From: a bacterium
GTDB taxonomy: Bacteria > UBA8248
Length of the DNA stretch: 64,000 nucleotides
NCBI GenBank assembly: GCA_965261085.1
Contig: OZ253442.1
Coordinates: forward strand, 320,001 to 384,000
Direction of reading: 5' to 3'
The notes beneath the pieces are model-generated. The model saw only the letters and a program-made list of their open reading frames with translations, was not told the DNA's origin and made no database searches. This document shows positions 38,454 to 48,520 of the stretch, one piece after another (within the stretch, counting starts at the first letter, position 1; each line of letters opens with the position of its first letter). The position numbers and the translations under genes are program-made.

Positions 38454-39737
38454 TCAAAGGCTCGGCGCCTCGTAGCGGATTTCCCCGCCCGTGACGGTGC
38501 AGACGACGAACGCGCCCGCATCAAATACGCTGCCGAGGTTCAAACCGCCTAAACCGCGAGGCGGACATACGACGCAAAAATCAGCCGCGCCACCCGGCTT
38601 CAAGACGCCCAGGTTATCGAAGCCGAGCGCCTCGGCGCCTGAGCGCGTGCACATTTCCAGCAACTCGGCGTCGCTTATCTCCACATCCGTCTCGCGTAGC
38701 GCGCGAGCCTCATCCAGAAGCGAGAGGGTGGGGCTGCTCGCCAGGCTGTCGGTACCCAGGCACAAATCCAGCCCCGCCTCGCGCATGCGCGCCGCATCGG
38801 CGAAGGGATGGCCGAAAAAACGCGCCGAGCGCGGACAAAGACAAACGCGCACCCCGTTCTTCCGGAGGAGCGCCCAGTCTTCCGCGTTCGTCTGGTTCGC
38901 GTGAACGGCCAGAGCGAGGCCATCGAGCGCACCCGCCAGGTCGAGATGGGCGACGGGCCGAAGACCCGAGGGCTTGTAGCCGTCCAGAGAGCCGTTCAAA
39001 TCCCGGTGCACTCTCGCGAGCGCGCCGCCGCCGTCTTGCAAAAATTCGATCTCGTGCGCGCTTTCACCCAGGTGCGTCGCTACGGGCCAGCCTCTCGCTC
39101 TCGCCTCATTCAACACCACGCGGTATAGGGCGAGCGACGCGGTGTAGGGCGCATGGGGACTCAGGCCATGCCGGACGGCGTTCGGAATCGCGCCTTTGTA
39201 TTCCGGGAAAAGGTCGCAGGCTTCGAGCTTTTCCGCCAGAATCTCATCCGCCCGGGCCGGGTCGAGACCCAGCACCTCGTGGAACACCACGCCGCGCATT
39301 CCAGCGCCTGAAATCGCCGTCGCGCTCTCCCCCGAGATGGAGACGTCGCCCACGCAGGTGACGCCCGCCGCCAGACTCGCGGCAACGCCGATCTGCGCCG
39401 ATGCCAGAAAAAGATGCGCGGGCCAGCCTCTCATCTCGCGTACGAGCGAGACTATCCACTCCTCCATCGGGCCGGGTTTGCGCTTTAGACCTGAGAGTTC
39501 CAGGTGCGTGTGCGCGTTGACGAGGCCGGGAATCAGTATAGCGCGCCCGAAATCGCGCTCCTCTGCCACCGGCACACTGGGGCGAACGAAGGCCTCATCC
39601 CCCACCGCCAGAATCCGGCCCGAGGACGTGAGCAGCGCGCCGCGCCTGATGGGCGGCCCTTCCACCGGGCACACGAGGTCCGCCAGCCAAAGCTCCATTT
39701 TCTGCGTTCGGGGCGTTCGGGGCGATTCCGTCGTCAC
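38454..39737 (-). CDS. Amidohydrolase, probable aminodeoxyfutalosine deaminase
   Basis: PGLVNAHTHLEL, SPHAPY, HLGES, LGTDSLAS; adjacent to mqnC. Confidence 0.75.
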   Translation of the reverse strand: MTTESPRTPRTQKMELWLADLVCPVEGPPIRRGALLTSSGRILAVGDEAFVRPSVPVAEERDFGRAILIPGLVNAHTHLELSGLKRKPGPMEEWIVSLVREMRGWPAHLFLASAQIGVAASLAAGVTCVGDVSISGESATAISGAGMRGVVFHEVLGLDPARADEILAEKLEACDLFPEYKGAIPNAVRHGLSPHAPYTASLALYRVVLNEARARGWPVATHLGESAHEIEFLQDGGGALARVHRDLNGSLDGYKPSGLRPVAHLDLAGALDGLALAVHANQTNAEDWALLRKNGVRVCLCPRSARFFGHPFADAARMREAGLDLCLGTDSLASSPTLSLLDEARALRETDVEISDAELLEMCTRSGAEALGFDNLGVLKPGGAADFCVVCPPRGLGGLNLGSVFDAGAFVVCTVTGGEIRYEAPSL

Positions 39738-39751
39738 GAGAGAGGGAGCTG

Positions 39752-40831
39752 CTAGATCAATTCGTAGAAGAAATTGCGCCGCCTCGGCGTGAAGCCGGCG
39801 TTTCGCGCCATGCGGTGGAGGTCGTCCTCGTTCAGGGCGTAGGTCGTTCCGGCGGCGCTCACGACGTTTTCCTCCAACATGGTGGAGCCCATGTCGTTAC
39901 ATCCGTAGTGGAGCGATATCTCTCCGATCTTCATGCCCTGCGTCACCCAGGAGGATTGAAAGTTCAAGATGTTATCGAGATACAGCCTGCTGATCGCCAG
40001 CATCCGCAAATACTCGCTGCTGCCCACCGTCTGGGCCTTGAGCGCCGCCGCGCCGTCGTTCTGGAACGTCCAGCAGATGTACGCCGTGAATCCTCCCGTC
40101 TCGTCCTGAAGCTCGCGCAGGCGGTGGAGGTGCTCGACCCGCTCCTCATTCGTTTCCACGTGGCCGAACATCATCGTGGCGCTGGAGCGGATGCCCAGAT
40201 TATGGGCGACGCGCATGACCTCGAGCCAGCCCTCCGTATTCACTTTCAGCCTCGATATCGTATCGCGCACGCGGTCGACAAGAATCTCGCCGCCGCCTCC
40301 GGGCACCGAATCGAGACCCGCCGCGCGCAGACGGGTGAGCACCACCTCATAGGGCATGTCTTCGAGCCTGGCGATGTGGTGAATCTCAGGCGGACTCAAG
40401 GCGTGGAGATGAAGGTCCGGAAACTCTCCCTTCATCCAGGAGAAGAGCTCCTCGTACCACTCGATTCGCAAGTCGGGATGGTGCCCCCCCTGGAGCAGAA
40501 TCTGCTTGCCGCCGACGGCGTAGAGCTCGTCCAGTTTTAATCTTATCTCTTCGCGCGTACGGATATAGGCTTCGGGGTGATCCCCCGGCGGGCGGTAGAA
40601 CGCGCAGAACGTGCAGTAGACGTCGCACACGTTCGTGTAGTTGATGTTCCTGTCCACGCAATAGGTGGCGTAGCCCTCGGGATGTAAGCGCGCGCGCACG
40701 TCGTCCGCCGCAGCGCCCAGGGCGACCAAGTCGTCCCCCTCGAGCAGGGCGAGTCCCTCCTCAAAAGAGAGGCGCTCGCCTCCCGCCGCCTTCTCAATCG
40801 CATCGTAAAACGCCGTCGTCGCCGTGGTCAT
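39752..40831 (-). CDS. mqnC: Cyclic dehypoxanthine futalosine synthase
   Basis: DRNINYTNVCDVYCTFCAFY, QSSWVTQG, GSTMLEENVV. Confidence 0.93.
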   Translation of the reverse strand: MTTATTAFYDAIEKAAGGERLSFEEGLALLEGDDLVALGAAADDVRARLHPEGYATYCVDRNINYTNVCDVYCTFCAFYRPPGDHPEAYIRTREEIRLKLDELYAVGGKQILLQGGHHPDLRIEWYEELFSWMKGEFPDLHLHALSPPEIHHIARLEDMPYEVVLTRLRAAGLDSVPGGGGEILVDRVRDTISRLKVNTEGWLEVMRVAHNLGIRSSATMMFGHVETNEERVEHLHRLRELQDETGGFTAYICWTFQNDGAAALKAQTVGSSEYLRMLAISRLYLDNILNFQSSWVTQGMKIGEISLHYGCNDMGSTMLEENVVSAAGTTYALNEDDLHRMARNAGFTPRRRNFFYELI

Positions 40832-40882
40832 GGATTCCTCGGATGAAGTTCAAGCCTTGGGAATAATGCGCGAGAGATATTG

Positions 40883-42622
40883 TCAGGTCAACAGATGAAA
40901 CCGGCGGAGCGAATCGTTCCCCTGCCCCGGCGCCAAGTCGCGGGGATTCTCGATGGCGAGGATGGTGAGCGGCTCGGTGCGGTTTCTCACCTCGATCTGA
41001 TGCGCGGGAAAGGCGGAGACGTTCGCGCCCGCGCGCTCCGCCACCCGGGCGGAGATGACGAGCCGACAGCCGTATTCCTTGGTCAAGTCCTGAAGGCGGC
41101 TGGCCGTGTTCACCGTATCGCCCACCGCCGTGAGATATTTGGCCACGCCCCGGCCCATCTCGCCCACCACGGTGGGGCCGGTGTGCACCCCGATGCCGAC
41201 GCGGAGTGGTTCATCTAATTCCTCGGCAAACGCTTCGCTCATCTCATCGAGCGCGTCCACGATGGCGCAGGCCGCCGCGAGGGCCTGCCTGCAACCCTCC
41301 TCGGGGCCTTCTTCCACACCAAAGAGCGCCATGACGCCGTCTCCCACGAACTGGTTGATGAGACCCCCCTCTTTGGTGATCGCCTCGCCCATCACGTCGA
41401 AGTAGCAATTGAGGAAAAACACCACGTCATAGGGGAGTTTCTTCTCGGCGATGCGGGTGAAGCCCCTCAAGTCGGCGAACAAGACGGCGACTCCGCGCTC
41501 CTGGCCCGAGGCGTAGCCCTTTTGCGCAAAGCCTTGCGCCGCATCCGCCCCGGCGGGCAGCATGAGCAGAACCGAGAGGTCCGTCCCCGGCCTCAACTGG
41601 CACGCCAGGCGAACGTCGGGAGCGGCCTTGATGCGCTCCAGAACGCGCTGCTCCTCGGGTTGTGCGGGCGGCAGTGCGTCCGCACAGCCCAGTAATTTCA
41701 CCCGGCAGGTGGAGCACCGCCCCCGTCCCCCGCATACGGAGGCGTGCGGGACGCCTGCGGAGCGGCTCGCCTCCAGCACGGTGGAACCCACCGGGGCGAG
41801 CGCTTCGCGCCCGCCTGCGTAGCTAACCTGAAACGTCTTTCGCCTCCGCTCCAGCGCGCAGCGCGCCCCGCGCGCGACGAGCACCAGCCCGAGCAAACCC
41901 AGATAGCCCCACCACAGGTTATCTCGTGCAACCTGGAGCATTCCCCTTTGCGCGCGATTGGGCATCTTGCTGCTGCTCAACATCTCGCGCCGCCAATTCC
42001 CCTCCGCCGAGAGCCGAGCAGCTTCACGACCGCCCTGGCTGAAACCTGCAAGCGAGAGGGCCGCTACGAGCGTCATGACGGCCAGGCACGCCGGAAACCA
42101 CTTCGAATACCAGGGCTTGAGCCTCAGCCAGTAGTGAAGGCCGACGCAGGCGTGCGTCCAGGCGATGAGCAGAAAAATCGCTTGCTTGAGACCGACGTCC
42201 GGCGAGCGTTCCCAATAGAGGAACATGATGCGCGTATAGGAGTCCACCGTACCGAACCACTCATGGGCCAGTCGTGTGCCCACGACGTGTGAGATCATGA
42301 ACAAGGGAATCGAGAGACCGAAAATAATCTGGGCCGCCTCCCAGATCGGCATCCTGAGGCTCCTGCGATTGAAGAGGCCGTACATCGCAAGCACCGTATG
42401 CAGTATGAGCGAACTATAGAAAAGCACCGAACCCGGGGCGCTTCGCCAGAATCCCAGAAACCAGAACCTGCCCGCGTCCATCGCGGCGAGCGAGGCCAGC
42501 CCCAGGGCATGGTTCAGAAGATGGGTGATGAGAAAAAGAAAAAGAACGCAGCCGGTCGCGAGGCTCATGCGTCTGCGCCAGTGTTCTATGGACGAGGCGG
42601 CGGCAGGTGCGTCGGAGGTCAT
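40883..42622 (-). CDS. CyaC-like class III nucleotide cyclase (His-containing TM domain + 2Fe-2S ferredoxin + cyclase)
   Basis: THLLNH and other TM His residues; CGGRGRCSTC...RLACQ; FADLRGFT, GDG, GDTVNTASRL. Confidence 0.9.
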   Translation of the reverse strand: MTSDAPAAASSIEHWRRRMSLATGCVLFLFLITHLLNHALGLASLAAMDAGRFWFLGFWRSAPGSVLFYSSLILHTVLAMYGLFNRRSLRMPIWEAAQIIFGLSIPLFMISHVVGTRLAHEWFGTVDSYTRIMFLYWERSPDVGLKQAIFLLIAWTHACVGLHYWLRLKPWYSKWFPACLAVMTLVAALSLAGFSQGGREAARLSAEGNWRREMLSSSKMPNRAQRGMLQVARDNLWWGYLGLLGLVLVARGARCALERRRKTFQVSYAGGREALAPVGSTVLEASRSAGVPHASVCGGRGRCSTCRVKLLGCADALPPAQPEEQRVLERIKAAPDVRLACQLRPGTDLSVLLMLPAGADAAQGFAQKGYASGQERGVAVLFADLRGFTRIAEKKLPYDVVFFLNCYFDVMGEAITKEGGLINQFVGDGVMALFGVEEGPEEGCRQALAAACAIVDALDEMSEAFAEELDEPLRVGIGVHTGPTVVGEMGRGVAKYLTAVGDTVNTASRLQDLTKEYGCRLVISARVAERAGANVSAFPAHQIEVRNRTEPLTILAIENPRDLAPGQGNDSLRRFHLLT

Positions 42623-42647
42623 AAAGCGCATCTCCAAACAGGCGGCC

Positions 42648-43439
42648 TCAGACGGGGTTTTTCTCCAGAAACTGCTCCATCTGCGCGATGAAGGCGTCGG
42701 GCTGATCCCAGAATACGCTGTGGCCCGCATCGGGGATGATTGAAGTGGCGCAATCGGGAACGTTGTTCCGATACACCTCGCTGAAAGCTATAGGACCTGC
42801 ATCGTTCTCTCCGTGGCACACCCAGGTGGGGACGGAGATTCTGTGCAGCTCGTTTCTCAAATCGGGCATCGTGAACAGCGCGTTTGCGGTATCGGCGAAC
42901 GTCTCGGGCGTATTCTTCAAGAACCTCTCCTTGTACTCGCCGGCCAGGGGACCCTCGCGCAGGCTTTCGGGGAGTTCACCCCGGCGCACCTTGAATTCAA
43001 GCAGCGCCTCCATGCCTTCTGATTGCGCGACCGCCAACTGCTCGTCGAACATCTGCCGGTATGCGCCCGAGGGCGGGCCACAGGATGAGGCCGAGAGCAT
43101 GAGGCGGTTCAGGCGCTCCGGGTGTTGAATCGCGAGCGTGGTGCCCGTGCGCCCGCCCATGCTTTGGCCCAGATAATCGGCCCGCTCGATCTTAAGAGCG
43201 TCCAGAAAACCGAGCACGTCATCCGCGAAAGTCTGGATGGTGTAGGGGCCTGCCGGATTGTCCGAATCGCCGTGGCCGCGCAAATCAAGCGCCAACACCC
43301 GAAAACGCCCCGCCAGCCGGTCGATGATGGGCCTGAAGGTGAAATGAGAGTTCTGAAAACCGTGCACGAGAAGAAGAGGAGGCCCCTCCCCGCGCTCTAT
43401 GTAGTGGATGTCTATCCCGTTCACGCGCGCTTTCGGCAA
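42648..43439 (-). CDS. Alpha/beta hydrolase
   Basis: LVHG, DLRGHG.S, GQSMGG, GEND, AGH; AAAGGAG RBS. Confidence 0.9.
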   Translation of the reverse strand: MPKARVNGIDIHYIERGEGPPLLLVHGFQNSHFTFRPIIDRLAGRFRVLALDLRGHGDSDNPAGPYTIQTFADDVLGFLDALKIERADYLGQSMGGRTGTTLAIQHPERLNRLMLSASSCGPPSGAYRQMFDEQLAVAQSEGMEALLEFKVRRGELPESLREGPLAGEYKERFLKNTPETFADTANALFTMPDLRNELHRISVPTWVCHGENDAGPIAFSEVYRNNVPDCATSIIPDAGHSVFWDQPDAFIAQMEQFLEKNPV

Positions 43440-43461
43440 GGCTGTTCTCCTTTCAGTGTGC

Positions 43462-44883
43462 TCACGCCCCGACAGGCGGCCGCTCGTTCCTGAGCTCGGG
43501 CGTCGCCTCCTCATAGGCGTGCGCGACGCGCAGCACGTCGGTCTCGCGCCAGGGGCCGCTCACGATCTGAAGCGAGGTGGGCATCCCCTCTGCGTTCCGG
43601 CCCATCGGCGTGACGAGCGCCGGAAAGCCCGTGGCGTTGTGCGGCCCGAGAAACGGCCTGTGGATGTTCTTGTAGGGAACGTCCCTGCCGTTCATCCGAA
43701 TGAGGAGCGTCGCAATCGGCGGGGCGACGCAGGGCATGGCGGGCTGGATCAGCGCGTCAGCGCCCTCAAAGAACCCGGCGACCTCGCGCTGCATCAATAC
43801 GCGCTCGCGCATCGCGCGAACGTAATCATCCGGCGCGATCTGGAACGACCACTCCAAACGCTCGAGCACGTCCTCCCCGTAGCCTCCCGGGTTTTGCTCG
43901 AAAAACGGCCTGTGAAACTCGCTGAACTCAGGCCCCGTGATGAGCGGGAACAAATCCATCAGCTTCTGATAGTGCGTGAAGGAGACCTCCTCCACCCGTG
44001 CGCCCAGGGCGCGGAACACTTCCACCGCCGCCTCGAACGCCGCCATGATCTCGGAATCCACCTCGGCGTCTCCGTGAAAATCCGGGCAGACGAGTATGCG
44101 GCTCCCGCGCACCCCGTCCTCCAAACTTGCGGTGTAATCGGGAACGGGCACGTTTTGAGACTTTGAATCCTGGGCGTCATAGCCGGCCATCGCCTGAAGC
44201 ATGAGGCCTGCGTCGCGCGCCGTGCGCGTCATGGGGCCTGGGTGGTCGAAGCTCAAGGAGTTGGGGCAAATGCCCCTCAGACTCACCCGGCCGTGGGTCG
44301 CCTTGAGCCCCACGCCCCCGCACAGAGAGGAGGGGTTGCGGATGGAGCCGCCCGTGTCGGTGCCGATGGCCGCGGGCGCGAGCCCCGCCGCGCAGGCGGC
44401 GCCCGAACCACCGCTCGAGCCGCCGACGATTCTCTCGGTGTTCCAGGGGTTTCGCACGGTGCCGTAATGGGGGTTGATGGTCACCGGGGCGGCGGCGAAC
44501 TCGTGCGTGGTCGTCTTGCCCAGCATGACGGCGCCCGCACCCTTCAAGCGCCTGATGATTTCCGCGTCCTCGCGCGGCACGTTGTCGCGATGAAAAGAAG
44601 AACCGTTGGTGGTAAGCACCCCCGCCGTATCGACGATGTCCTTGGCGCCATAGGGAACGCCGTGCATGGGGCCTCGCCACTGGCCACCGACAATCTCGGC
44701 CTCGGCGGCGCGGGCCGCCTCCATGGCGGCTTCCGCCGTCACCGTCTGGTAGGCGAATATCTCGGGGTTCAGCGCCTCGATGCGGCGCAGGTGCGCCTCG
44801 GCCACCTCGACGGGGGAGATTTCTTTTTTGCGAATCATCCCCGCGAGGTCATGAATACTCGAAAAACAAAGGTCATCGCTCAT
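43462..44883 (-). CDS. Amidase signature family enzyme (in frame with mqnA)
   Basis: GVPYGAKD, GKTTTHEF, GGSSGGSG, GTDTGGSIRNP; own TAAGGAGG RBS. Confidence 0.9.
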   Translation of the reverse strand: MSDDLCFSSIHDLAGMIRKKEISPVEVAEAHLRRIEALNPEIFAYQTVTAEAAMEAARAAEAEIVGGQWRGPMHGVPYGAKDIVDTAGVLTTNGSSFHRDNVPREDAEIIRRLKGAGAVMLGKTTTHEFAAAPVTINPHYGTVRNPWNTERIVGGSSGGSGAACAAGLAPAAIGTDTGGSIRNPSSLCGGVGLKATHGRVSLRGICPNSLSFDHPGPMTRTARDAGLMLQAMAGYDAQDSKSQNVPVPDYTASLEDGVRGSRILVCPDFHGDAEVDSEIMAAFEAAVEVFRALGARVEEVSFTHYQKLMDLFPLITGPEFSEFHRPFFEQNPGGYGEDVLERLEWSFQIAPDDYVRAMRERVLMQREVAGFFEGADALIQPAMPCVAPPIATLLIRMNGRDVPYKNIHRPFLGPHNATGFPALVTPMGRNAEGMPTSLQIVSGPWRETDVLRVAHAYEEATPELRNERPPVGA

Positions 44884-45711
44884 GTCGTCCTCCTTAGAAA
44901 CCGCGTCGCCCATCACCACCACGTGAGCACCCTCCTCATCGACGAACCGGGGCTCCCAGCCTTCGGGCGCCAGGCCGTCTTCGACGAGAAGCTCATAATA
45001 ACGCCTTAAACCTTCCAGTTCCTCATCGCCCACGTCGTAGCGGATGCACTCGGTGAGGTAACACCACGCCGTGTTCTTGTCGACGCCCGGGGGAAGCGCG
45101 CCGTTTACGATCTCCTCTATCTTCCCCACGCCCTCTTTTTTCGCGTTCTGCAAAAGCGCGGCGGCCTCTGCGTCTCCCGCTCCCGGTCTGAACACCCAGA
45201 GCGCATAGACGAAGGGAAGGCCGGTAAAATTCCGCCACTCCTCGCCCAGATCGAGCACGTAGTGCTCACCGGGCGGTTCGCGCAGGGCGTTGTCCCCGAT
45301 GAGCAAAAAGGCGTCGATCGACTCATCCTCACGCGGTGGTTTGAGCGGGTCGATGGGCACGAACTCGGGCTCCGCCCCCCAGCGGTGTTTCAGATAGACG
45401 CGCGCCATGTTCGTCGCGGCGAGCGACCAGCTATCCAGCCCCACGCGTCGCAGGGAGTCCGCCGGTTTCCGGCAATAGAGCCGGATGCTCTCCACCGGGC
45501 CGTGGCTCGCGATGCCCACCCCAGGAACGAAACGCGCGCCTTGCATCTGAAAAAGGGCGAACGAGGAAACGAGCGCGCCGTCTAGTTCGCCGCTTTCCAG
45601 CATTTGCGCCAGCTTCGAGGGGGGTTCGACGATGAGTTCGACCCCGGGGTTTCCCTCGAGCGCGATGGTGAGGGGCCTTGCGTTCAGGAAGGGAACGGTG
45701 CCGAGTTTCAT
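44884..45711 (-). CDS. mqnA: Chorismate dehydratase (no stop before the amidase as assembled)
   Basis: LGTVPFLNARPL, G.VES, LLIGD.AL, DLGEEW..FTGLPFVYALW. Confidence 0.88.
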
Positions 45712-45719
45712 GGTGATGC

Positions 45720-46859
45720 TCAGGCGTGAACTGCCCATTGATCTCCTTGGCGCGTGACTTCCCGGTAGAGCGTGTCGCGCTCGATGGGCTCGCGCCCCGC
45801 CTCTCTGATGAGGCGGCGGATGTCGTTCACGGTGAGTTCGTGCGGCGTCTTCGCACCCGCCATGTGGTAGATCTTCTCCTGAACGACGGTGCCGTCCAGA
45901 TCGTCCACGCCGAAGCGCTGCGAGATTTGCGCGATGGGCTGGCCCACCATGATCCAGTAGGCCTTGATATGGGGGATGTTGTCGAGCAAAAGACGTCCGA
46001 CGGCGTAGTTTCTGATGTCGAGCATCCCGCCCGTGGAGGGGATGTCGTCCATCTGCGTGTTCTCGGGGTGAAACGCGAGCGGGATGAAGGTGGTGAACCC
46101 GCCGGTTTCATCCTGTAAATCCCTGAGCCTCAGCATGTGATCCACGCGATCCTCGTTCGATTCCACGTGGCCGTAGAGCATGGTGCAGGTGCTGCGGATG
46201 CCCTTGTTGTGGGCGATGCGGTGGATCTCGAGCCAGTCCTCGCCCGAGTGCTTGCCCTTACAAATTTGGGAGCGTGTGGGTTCGGCGAAAATCTCCGCCC
46301 CGCCGCCCGTGAGTGAACCGAGCCCCGAGCGCACCAGATGCTCGAGCGTCTCCTCGACGCTCATCTTCGCGACGTTGTCGGCGAGCCAGCGAATCTCCGT
46401 GGCCGTGAAGACTTTCAGGTGCAACTGGGGGTGAATTTCCTTGATACCCTGGATCATTTCGAGATAATAATCGAAAGGCAGATCGGGATGCAGGCCGCCC
46501 ACCATATGGAACTCGGTGCGGCCCCGGCCCAGCGTTTCCGCCATCTTGAAGATTTCCTCCAGCGAATACGCATAGGCGTCCTGCTGGCCTTCTTTTTTGC
46601 CGAACGCGCAGAACTTGCACGCCTTCCACAACACGCAGATGTTCGAATAGTTGATGTGGCTGTTCACGTTGTAATAAGTGCGATTCCCGTGCAGGCGCTC
46701 GCGGACGATGTTCGCCAGATAGCCGACGGCGTTCACGTCTTCGGCCTCATAGAGGCGCACGCCTTCCTCGAAGGAAAGGCGCAGACCCGCTTCCACTTTT
46801 TCCAAAATATCGCCCAGAGGGCCTCTCTGGACGCGCGAGCGCATGAAGTCGCGGTTCAT
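45720..46859 (-). CDS. mqnE: Aminofutalosine synthase
   Basis: Radical SAM C..C..C, VGGLHP, HIKAYW, FGVDDLDGTV..EKIYHMAG. Confidence 0.93.
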   Translation of the reverse strand: MNRDFMRSRVQRGPLGDILEKVEAGLRLSFEEGVRLYEAEDVNAVGYLANIVRERLHGNRTYYNVNSHINYSNICVLWKACKFCAFGKKEGQQDAYAYSLEEIFKMAETLGRGRTEFHMVGGLHPDLPFDYYLEMIQGIKEIHPQLHLKVFTATEIRWLADNVAKMSVEETLEHLVRSGLGSLTGGGAEIFAEPTRSQICKGKHSGEDWLEIHRIAHNKGIRSTCTMLYGHVESNEDRVDHMLRLRDLQDETGGFTTFIPLAFHPENTQMDDIPSTGGMLDIRNYAVGRLLLDNIPHIKAYWIMVGQPIAQISQRFGVDDLDGTVVQEKIYHMAGAKTPHELTVNDIRRLIREAGREPIERDTLYREVTRQGDQWAVHA

Positions 46860-46985
46860 GGTTCACCTTCTTTTTTTCGTCTCATCGGAGAATCAATCCA
46901 GCCGGTAACGCACGTGCGCATTCTGTAGGCTGAAAGGGGGTATGTCAACGCGAGGAGGGGGTGGGGGGGCATCTCAATCTCGCCA

Positions 46986-47609
46986 TCATTCAGCGCCCAT
47001 ACCGAGCATGAGCTTGATTGTACCCAACCAATCCAAATAATGGAGAATCGCAAGAAGCGAGGCGATTACAGGAATCACTAGGAAAATCGCCTTTATGAGT
47101 CGTCCCAGTATGCTGCCTTCCACCATAGCTCCGTCGAAGCCAGCAGAATCAATAAATCTAAACGGTATCCGGGCAAACAATTTAAGAAACCGTCCTATCC
47201 ACCAAAAGGGATTGAATGTTCGTTTGACCGATTTCCCTCGATCAGATTGATATACACCGATAGCGCGATCCAAAAGACTAATTACGCGGTTGTGTCTTAT
47301 TTGGTATGTGTCGATCTCGAACAGGTCTCGCAGGATGTCGACATTAAGTGGATAGCCTCCAGTTGTCGGAGACGGCGTCCATTGAACTACCAAAGGCACC
47401 CCTGTTGCACGAATTATTTCGTGAGCTTCTTCAATCATCAAGTCAATTTCATGACGAGCTTGTTTTGCGTTTTCCTCCTCTGCGCGAGCATTATTTAGCC
47501 AATGAAATGTAGAATTCTCGAAGTAGATAACAACTTGATTGCGAAATTCTCTCAGTTGATTCAGTCTTTTTTTGTTTTCCCAACATGGAATATCTTTGTA
47601 TGACTTCAA
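46986..47609 (-). CDS. Hypothetical protein with hydrophobic C-terminus
   Basis: Lower-GC 207-aa ORF directly downstream of the restriction endonuclease. Confidence 0.7.
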   Translation of the reverse strand: MKSYKDIPCWENKKRLNQLREFRNQVVIYFENSTFHWLNNARAEEENAKQARHEIDLMIEEAHEIIRATGVPLVVQWTPSPTTGGYPLNVDILRDLFEIDTYQIRHNRVISLLDRAIGVYQSDRGKSVKRTFNPFWWIGRFLKLFARIPFRFIDSAGFDGAMVEGSILGRLIKAIFLVIPVIASLLAILHYLDWLGTIKLMLGMGAE

Positions 47610-47641
47610 TTCAGGTGGTCCCTATTGCGTTTCAAGCGGTT

Positions 47642-48520
47642 CTATTCGAACGGTTCGAGTCTATTTTTAAGGTCTCGCTCGAACGCCTCTCGCCGAATCG
47701 TCTCGGCAGCGAGGAGCTTTTCGTTCGTATCCTCCAAGGTGAGAACCTCCCAGTGCCCCCGTGAAAGTCGGTAGCGCCCCTCGGAGTCGTGGGTGAGTTC
47801 CGGTACCAGCCAGATAACATCGCCGTCATTGAGATCATGATTGGGATTGAGGCTGGGGCCTCCAATCGACTCAAAGAAGGGACGGTCCACCGCGACGGCA
47901 ATTCGTGATCCCCAACGTCTGAGAGTAGGAACCTTTATCTGTAATTGCGGCATGAGGCGCTTCGCGCTCGAAGAGCGCCAATCCGGCCTGCGCACCGCGT
48001 CGGGAAACGGCGGTTTTGGATGAGCATCGTCCCGCAAATTCAAGAATTCGGATTGCATACCTTTGCCCGAGAAATAAACCGCCTGGATTTCCAACCCATA
48101 CCACCTGAGATCGTCACCGGACGTTCGGGCGACGACCAGGTCTATCTTCCCTGCGGGCTTGTCCGTGCTCGTTCCGCGCATGAAAGGCACCTCGCGGGCC
48201 AGCATCGCTTCTTCCGAAGAAAAACCGACGATCTCCGCAAGCCAATTTACGAGTAGTTGTTTCTCCTCGAACCTGACCGGACAAACAACGACCGGTTCGC
48301 CTTGGGGCGAACCCAACCGTCCATCTTCGCCTTTTTCATAACGATGGAGGGAACATACACCGCCTCGTTTCCGACATGGCGGCCAGCCTTTCTGAAACGG
48401 ACATGGAGGGGCTTCGCGCTCCTCTTGTAAAGCTATCTTCGCCAGTTGGCGACGCTCATCGGGAGAGAGGCCGGGAAATGGCCGCCCATACCATTCCGCG
48501 ATACCGTATCGCACACTCAA
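47642..48520 (-). CDS. NotI-family restriction endonuclease
   Basis: CPF..C.K..GVCS..VCP.RF Cys4 domain; ID.V...LEIQAVYFSG; RRPDW.SS..KRL.PQL. Confidence 0.88.
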   Translation of the reverse strand: MSVRYGIAEWYGRPFPGLSPDERRQLAKIALQEEREAPPCPFQKGWPPCRKRGGVCSLHRYEKGEDGRLGSPQGEPVVVCPVRFEEKQLLVNWLAEIVGFSSEEAMLAREVPFMRGTSTDKPAGKIDLVVARTSGDDLRWYGLEIQAVYFSGKGMQSEFLNLRDDAHPKPPFPDAVRRPDWRSSSAKRLMPQLQIKVPTLRRWGSRIAVAVDRPFFESIGGPSLNPNHDLNDGDVIWLVPELTHDSEGRYRLSRGHWEVLTLEDTNEKLLAAETIRREAFERDLKNRLEPFE

